This document shows positions 15,001-24,000 of a DNA stretch of 64,000 nucleotides, one piece after another (position 1 is the first letter of the stretch; each line of letters opens with the position of its first letter). The notes beneath the pieces were generated by a model, which had not been told where the DNA came from, did no database searches, and was given only the letters and a program-made list of their open reading frames with translations. The translations under genes were made by a program, and so were the position numbers. This DNA is from Candidatus Omnitrophota bacterium (lineage in GTDB: Bacteria; Omnitrophota; Gorgyraeia; Zapsychrales; Zapsychraceae): contig JAIORP010000090.1 of the NCBI GenBank assembly GCA_021108075.1, positions 15,828 to 79,827 of the forward strand, in the 5' to 3' direction.

Positions 15001-18000
15001 AACCTAAAGATGACCCCGCAATCTTCATCATCTTACCGAAGGTGTATTTCTTAACAGCCCGTTCGACCAACGATTCCAAAACTTCTTCGGTTATTTCTTT
15101 TGAAGCCTTTCTGATGGCCCATTTAGCCCCTTGGCGCCCAGCAACCGAACTGGCAAGCCGGCCAATACCTAGCTTTAGACCTTCTCCAACTCCGATCGAA
15201 CCACCAAGGGTAAATAGCGCCAAGACAACTTCTGCAACGGTGATGACGCCTTCCGCTATATAAATGGCAGCCTGGATCTTGGCGACCTTGTTTAACCCAT
15301 GCAATTCAGCGGAAACCGAGCGGGCACCGCTCCCGTATCCGTGCTTAGCCAAAGTATCAAAAATACGAATCACTTCATCTGTAGAGCGCGTGAAGTAGCT
15401 ACGAATATCACCATTGGCATCTGCAAATTGAATGCCCAAATCATTGATTTCTATGTTCGCAAAATCTTCCCCTTTGTTCTCGACCGCATCCAATCTGGCT
15501 CGCATCATCTCCAAGGGTGAATCATAGGGCTCCAGGTCCTGCTGTTCTTTTTCTTTCTCATCTCCATCTGAGGCAATGGTCGGCTTGGTCGCTTCTACAA
15601 TCTGATCATCATTAACATACATGGTTCGCCCATCTTTGGTCGTAACCTTGGTGCGCCACCAGCGCAACCCCCTGCCTGTATGTAGATTATCTTCTGCGAC
15701 AATGATTCTTTTGCCTTCATGGTCCCCACCCTCGGCGGTCACTATCGTAGACTTTTTAGGGGCTTCATCGCTATCTTCTGCGTTCGGGTTTGATAACGTG
15801 TAAAAAGCGGATCGACTGTAACGATAGTTCTCAACAATGGTATTAGCCTGTTCTTTTGTCGCTTTTTCCTCAGGTGTCAGGCTGGCTTCGTCCTTACCCG
15901 CAAGCTCCCTCTTGTCCTTGTAGGCTTGTGCGACCACATCATCCCTAACCATCGGAATAAAACCGTAACCTTTAACGTTCACGCCACCTAATCCGCCATC
16001 TTCTCTGGACATTGGCAAGATTGCCAGGAAGTAATCCTCAATATTATGTGCGTCATCATAATAGCCGTAACCTAATTCAGGCTGAACACTCCTTTTTCTG
16101 ATTGTCTTGTCCCAGTACGAGGCCGTATTTTCAAAATGAGGTAGGGCCACCTCTTCCATAACAGGATTACCAGAGGCATCCAACATGGGGCTTCCATCTA
16201 GGTTCCTCTTTATCTGTTTCTTGTGCGTCCTGCCCCAGATTCCCGCAAGCATCTTCTCTTTGCTCTCATATGACTGATTAAACCAACCGCTATCATCTTT
16301 CCGCATGGTGTTGCTATCTAATTCACTCGGATCATCCCCTTCTTCTTCCCATCGGTCCCACGCCTTGTTCCAGCGCCGGGTTGGAGTCAGCCGATTATTG
16401 CGCACATCAATCTGGCCTGCCGCGGGATCAACACGCTTACCGTTCTCCATGTCAACGCCTTTTGCCCCTGGCGAGTTGAATTTCACAACGACTTTGGCAA
16501 ACTCCGGATTGTCTGCCATGGAGACAAGGTTGCCACTTTGCAAAATATCTCCACTCATCTTTAAATAAAGAACAGAGGTCTTAAAGCCACCATCACTTAA
16601 ATCAGCATAGATCGCACTATCCAGACTGTCGTCAGACATCCCTATTTCCAATCGATGGGAACCATCTTCAAGCGTATCCGTAAGCCCTTCGCCCTGCTGT
16701 TCGCCTTTTTTAGGCGGTCTGGCCTCATATGGCGCTATCATCATTTTCCTGCCGGATGGCAATTCGGAAGGAATAATATTGTTATAGAGAGAAATCGTCT
16801 TGGGCAATTCAAATTTACCCCAGGTGAGTTCCAGTGCCATGTCCGTATATTCACCCGTTTCTTCTAATTCACCCGTTTCTTCGTTCTTTCTTTTTCCGAT
16901 GATCCGTTTCCAGCCTGGGCCTTCTCCTGCAATACCGACCGAAGTTCCGGCTCTCATGGCATCTCTGCCGATTCTTTGTTGGAAGTACGTTTCCTTTTCC
17001 TCTTTACCCGGAACGTCTCTTTTGTCTTTATTTGCGGCCGCTAGAGACACATCGGCAATCATTTCTCCTTGGATACCCAAAAATTTATTGCCCCGTTCCG
17101 ACAAAAACCGCTTGCCTCTTAATTCGATAATGCCAATAGAGCCAGGAGCATCCCAGCCTTCGATATTGATAATTCCCGGATAGTTTTCAGGCAGGTCGGC
17201 ATAGGAGGACGGATTGACTTCAAAGGTTCCAAAAAGCGTGTACTTCCCGTCCTTAACCAATTCGCCGGCACCGAAGTACTGCATGCCGTCTTGGGTGAAC
17301 TCTATTCCAGCGAGGATGTTTTTATCGGCCACACCGGATCCTTTAATCTCATCCCGTTTGATACTTTGATCCAAATGCAACAAGGTCCCTTCTTCGACAA
17401 GCCGGCGCCCTTCATGGACATCATTGAGTTGACTGTTATCTCGATCCAGATACATAATATCGTCGAGTTCTTTCCTGGTCGCGGCCTTCTCGTGGGATTT
17501 CTGCTCGGTGTAGAAATAAACTTGTTTGTCAGGATTATTTTCATTGGCTTCCGGAGAAATGAACGCAATTGAGTCTGTGTTGGTTAACAAAGGGTTGAGA
17601 ATAGGGGTTAATACGCGATCTTTCACACCTTTTTCTGAGCTTTCACCGCCGATGGCAAATGTGATATGCAGTTTTTCGGTGCCGTCTTTCAAGGCGGCAA
17701 GTGTTGTTTCGAGATTTGAGGGATCCACCTCTTCGCCAGCGGCAATTTTTAGCCGTCTCGCATCCTCGAATTGCGTGCCAAGTTTTAGTTCAGCATCTGC
17801 CAATAGAACGGTCTGGGCTTCATCATTCGTTTGATAAATCAAGCGCGTTATATCCTTAAAACCAAAGCCTTCCAATACATATGCAGAACGCAGAGGGTTT
17901 ATTTTCTTTTCTTCTGTTTCAGTTGTTGTCGCAGCTAGTGTTTCTTCTTTGGGCGGTTCTTCATCTTTTGGTTTTTCCGGTTCCGCCGCGTCTTTTTTCT

Positions 18001-21000
18001 CCAGCTTTGGCTTTGGTCTACCATTCAAAATATTCGTGAATATCAAGTCATCGCCGCGCCCTTTGATATGACTGTTCGCAATCGTCATAACAGGAGAATG
18101 GCCCTCGGGGGCGTCTTTCTTTTCCGCTGCGCCAGGCATGAAATCATACAGGTGAACCGTTCTTTTGCCCGCGCCTTCCCCTTGCCAGAAAACGCTTTGC
18201 GATTCATCTTCTAATACTTTAACTCCCGCCGGGATAATCAAATCAAAATCACCGGTACCAATAGCTTTTCGAATAAGATAAGCCTTTGTTTTGCCGTCCA
18301 ACAGTTTGGCGTTTAAGACCAGCTTCATGCCAGTGCGGTCCTCAACATTTTTGTCGGTCCGGTCGTTTCTAAACAGGACAATTGTTTCGGTCTTATCCTG
18401 TTTTTTATCTGCACCCTGGAGGCCGATCACATCTGTGTATAGGGTTATGCTGTTATCGCGCATGTTATCCGGGTTGCCGTCAAGCGTTGCGACCAAACCG
18501 AGCGCGAGCGCTTCCAGAACTTTTTGATTTTTCAAATTTTCTTCTGCGTCTAGACTAGGGACAAACAAGCTGTCATCTATGCTATCGCCGAGAATAAAGG
18601 TCGGGCGCCGCTCTTTGGTTTGTGTTCCTTGCCGGGCATAGGCCTGACCTTTTTCATCAATCACGATATCCCCTTTACCAAAATAATTGATTTGACCCGA
18701 AACAAGTCCCTTGTACCGTTTCTTGTACAGTTCGCCAACCATCATATTCTTGACCAGCATTGAGCCGCCCAGCAATTGTGGATTCGTATGAATATTCCCT
18801 TTTGGATTCTTGGCATAAATGTTGCGTCGAACCGGGGTCATGGTGAATCCTAAAAAATTTCCATAGGTATACGGGTCGCCTTCATAGCCCAAATGGCCTT
18901 CACGCCCGTCGATCGAATAAATCGGATCGCTGATACCCTGAGTCTTATCCGCCACATACTGACCGAGAATCACGCCGCCGTCTTCCAGGACAATAGATGT
19001 CAGGGCGCTCTCCGGAGTCACATCTCCGTATGTCACTTCGTCTTCAGACGGCTTGGTGCTGATGCCGATACGGCCAATCGGCAGAGGATAAATCAATTTT
19101 TGATCTTCCGGATTGACATAGACATTGGCCGTATTGCCAGTCTCAGAAACCAAATGGTCTGTTTGTGAGGGATCTTTCATTTGGTCGGTATCGTCGAGCT
19201 CAACAATCATCTCCATATTGCCGGTTTCGGTATTCCAACGCAAATCAATGGTATCTTTCTTCACAACGGCATTGGGGTCGACTTCCTTTAAATTGCTGAA
19301 AAAGGCCTGGTCACCAGCAGCTGCTATGGCAGCATCCGTATGCTTGACTTCGGATCCGGACTGCAAGGCGGCCTTATTTTCGGCCTGCATAGCCTCGGTC
19401 ACTCCATTTTTGGCGTCAGCTGCAGCTCCCAGGGCTGCATTTGTCGCCTTTACCAAGAGTCCTGTTTCGTTTTCGACTGTCGGGGTGGTTCCTTCCTTGA
19501 ATTCCATTTTCAGTTCATGCGGATTAATCAGGACAGAGACAGACGCATTGAGACCCGCGGCCAAAACTGTTTCGCCTAAATCAATCGCTAAAAGAGCTTC
19601 CGTATTATTTAAAATAACCTTATGCGACTTGTCATCGCCTGTGGCGCGCGCATATTGACTGATATCATCATCACCCTCACCGGTTTTCACTTGAACAGTT
19701 GTGCCGATAACCTTACCCTCATGACGAATTTCACCGTAGCCAGAACCGTTGGGAGAATAAAGCATGGTGCCGTCCTTGTGGCGAATCGTCACGTTCTTAG
19801 CTTTCACATCCGGGTTGGCTCCTGTTCCCCAATCTCGACCATATTCTAAAATACTGTCTGCGCGGGAGACAGAAAAATCGATCATGCCCAAATTGCCTTT
19901 TACAACGGCTTTTTTTAGGACAGCGTCTAAAGCCGCTCCTTCGACAACATTGCCGTCTTTATCCTCGTAAGTGCCATCCTTCTTTAAGAAAACGCCTAAA
20001 CCATACGTCGTTCCGGCTTCAGCATCTTCAGTCGCTTCTTCACGAAGGCCTAAAAGCTCGGCTTTATTCATGCTGACTAATCTATTTTCCGTGGTTGTCG
20101 CTAGACGGAGCTGGTCTTTTGATTGGCTCAAGATGACATTATCTTCGATGTCAACAACCCGGGCAACGGTTTGCAGCTTATGATCCGAAGCACCGCCCTT
20201 AGAATCCTGCAGCAATTCTAAAAAGCTTCCAACAGAATTTATCACCAATGTGCCGTCCTTGGTCATTTTGCCATAGGAAATCGTAGCAAAGGCATTCAGG
20301 GCGTCTTTATCAGTCCGGTCATAAACAGAATAGAGGCCACCGCCATCTCTTGTCAGGATAAAACTGTCATCTTCATCCTTTGCTCCTGTTTCAAAAGCTG
20401 CTGCGGCTGCCCACAAGGTGCCGATCTTAACATCTGTCTTAACATCTGTCGTTTTCTGGTGAAGTTGGTCATCAATATATTCCTTGGCACCCCAATAGCC
20501 ACCCCTGATGTCAAAATAATCAGTCTGCCCCACTTCTGATTCGCTGCCTGTCGCGGACTGAAAATCCAGGAACATAAAATCAGCAGCATCGACATTATAA
20601 CTCTCGGCAAGCGCGACAGATTTAAAGATTGTGAGACCCGTAGCATCGATAATCGCGCCATTTTTTGGATCATTAACATCGTCGCTTTGATAGATTTGGA
20701 CACCGTCTTCATGGTTAAGGGAGGAAACCGCCATCTTACTGTTCCAGCTAACAAGATCCCCGTCCTCCTCGTCCTGTACGCGAGAACCGCGATAAGCTAA
20801 AATCTGTTTACCTGCATCACGGTCAAACAAATCTATGCCCATATTCAATGGTTGCGACACATCATCCATGGCCCCCAGCATGGCGGAACGAATGGTGCTT
20901 GTTTTTGGAACAGCACTTTCCATCGGAGTAATACCATCATTATTTGGAGAAGCACCTGCCTTCGGAACGATATCATCCGGAGTTCGAGAGGCAATCAGAT

Positions 21001-24000
21001 CGTCAACTTCGCCATTGATCCTATTTAGGGAAGGGTCTTTTTTGTCATCAGAGCCTGTTCTTTTCTGCAATTCGCTTTTATCCCATGCCACAGCAGCATA
21101 AAAGTCGGCTTTTTCCGTGTCTGTCAGCCCTGACAGATTAATTTTTTTATCATAAAACACGCTCAGAACCTTTATATCACCGCCTTCACCGATTTTTATA
21201 AAAGAACCCCCTGTTTGCGCGATGACAAATTGGTCTTCCGACACTCTTGAACCATCCATTTGAAAAACATCTACCGGCTTACCAACGCCGTAGAGGTAGG
21301 AATTCGTTTGCATGCTGGGATCTTCTTTGTTGGGAAAATTAGTGGTGATAATCTGATACTCGTAGACGCCATCATTTTTCTTATCGCGGGAATAAACATA
21401 TGTCCATTTGCCTTCGCCACCTTCGCCGTTTGGCGCAATGATACCATCCCCATTCATATCTCCGGACCTGTGCGCAACAATTGATTTATCACCATAATCG
21501 ACCATGTAAGTCAACTCTGAACCAAAAAACAAAGTCTCAGAAACCTCCGGAAGCAATAAACCGCTGCTGAATTTAAATCCGCCTTTTTGTACATATTTTG
21601 TCATTTTACCGACTTCAACCGCTGTCATTTCCTTTTCTTCCGCTAACCATTGCCCCTGTAACGCAGGAATACGTGCTTCAAGCGTGGCAATATCACGGCC
21701 GATCATAAAAGCCTCCATATCTAGCCTGACAAGTTCAATATCTTCAAGACCAGCTTCTTTTCCTTTCTCCCACGCTTCTTCTTTTTCTTCCTTCTGTTCC
21801 TTCAATGCAGCAATTTCATCATTCATCCCTGCGATGATGTTCGCATGCGCGACTTCAACATCAATTCCATGTTGTCCTTCAAGTTCAGCAATCTTTGATT
21901 CAAGCGTATTAATTTCAAGTCCCAACTCGAACACCTGCTTATCTATCCGCACGAGCAGCATATCATCCCAGCCAGCTTCACTTCCTTTCTCCAATTTGAT
22001 TTCTTCTTTTTCTTTCTTCTTTTCCAATGCATCAACTTGATTCTTCAGGTCAGCAATCTCTTCATCTGTCGTGGTATAATTTGCTAAAAACAATCGAGCT
22101 TTTTTCCCGTCCTCCCTGACAATTTGTTCAGCCGCGGCAAATAATCCAAACTTAGATATCAATTCCATCGGAAGTCCGCGAAAATCGATGACTGTTTTAC
22201 CGCCGATGTAGATCACTTTATCATTTTCCGTACCCTCTTCATCTATTACGTCTGTTTCCTCAACAATGATGCGATCCGCCCCATAAGCAATCAACTCCGG
22301 CAAAGCGTGAAAAGTCTGGTAGTCTGGCCTGCCAGCCTGTGCTGTTTTTAAATCTAATTCTAACTTGGCCACATTTTTAAACACATTGTCAACAGCGGCA
22401 CAAAGAGCCTCGAGTTTAGCCGGATCATCTGTTTTAGCTGTTTCGTCGATCAATGCTTTTAATCCCGCCTTGCCGGATTTCCATGCGGCTTTGATACGAT
22501 CACTGAAAAAGATCTTATTTCCATCATCATCCGTCTCTACTTTACCGTCAAATGATTCGCCTAGCAGGTCTCTTAACTCAGCTTCTCCTGCTCCGAGGGC
22601 TAAAAAGGCGGCTTTCTCTTCCTTATTAACTGTCTGTAGCGTTCTTGAACTATAAACCTGATTGAGCACTTCCCCTGTGTCTTCATCTATCATTGTTAGG
22701 CGCCCCATATATCGTAGTGGAAGCCCCAGATCGGTCCATGTCCTGGCTAATATGGAGTCCCTGTTCTTGCCCGGGCCGCCGTTTACCGCTGTGACGACAT
22801 GACCGAGTCCGATGATCAGAGGATTGTCGTCCACACTCGTTAAGGCGCCTTCAATAGCGGCCGTAAACGACCCGATGATGAAACGGTGCATTTGCATCGC
22901 GGGATCAATTTGATCCCAAATCTGAATCAACCACTGGTTGGTCATGGCTTCTTGAAGCTCATCCCCTTCAAGGGGCTCATCTTTTTCAGCGTTTGCTTCC
23001 AGATAGGCTTCTTCAAAATTTTCGCGTTGCTTTTTCAGCAACATGGCCTTGTCCAATGTCCACCCGCGCAAACTTGACTGAGCCTCGTACATATTCGCAA
23101 CCTCCATGCCCAGATATGAGGAATAAACCGATGGATCCATGGCATTGGCCGCGTCGGAACCTGTGAGACCGGTCGGATCTGTGGTCTCGTTCATGAAGAC
23201 AAACAGATTGTACCCACCGGCAGCTCCAATAGAAAGCCCTGTGTTCCACAACAACTTTGTCAGGGGCTCTAAAAGAACAGCACCTACTCCTTTTTCTTCC
23301 AGTGTTGTGTCAACGCTCAGGTTTGGATCGAGGCTTGGAGCCGTATTGTTATCTTCGTCTTTATTTATTTTGTCAGACAACAGCATGGCTCCGCCGGAAA
23401 ATATCATACTTCCCAAAAACATCACCCCTAAAGAGGCGAGTGTATCAAACTGCAGATCCAGATCGGAATACTCAACATTCTCACCGTCTCGTTCTCGGCC
23501 CTTACGTTTATTACCGTCCTCGTCGGTCCACTCAACACGGTCCCCTAATCTATCGTTCAAATAAGCTTCCATGCCCCAGGACAGCAAAACATTCAATAAA
23601 CCGACAATAAGCACTTTTCCTATATCTATTGTACTGATTGTGGCTAATTGTGATTCCATATGTTTAATGTTTCTGTTCGTCTGGGCCAATTGGCTCTGGA
23701 TATCGAGGCCGTCGGCACCTAATGTATTATTTGCTATTTGATCCTTGTAAGGATCAAGTTGTTGTTTTAAATCTGCCTGTTCCTTTTTTTCATCAATCAA
23801 ATCATCCTGCAGAGAAGGTTCGACAACAAATTGCCTCATAGCAGCGACGAATAAAGCGGAAACAAGGCTTCCAATGCTCTTTGATATCAAAGTTTCTTTA
23901 TCCGCCAGTCCCGTTTCGTCCGCGATCAAACGCGCCAAGGCGCCAATAAGAGGGGCAAACGTCTGAACGAGACCATCGAGCGAGGTAAATTGCTGAAGAC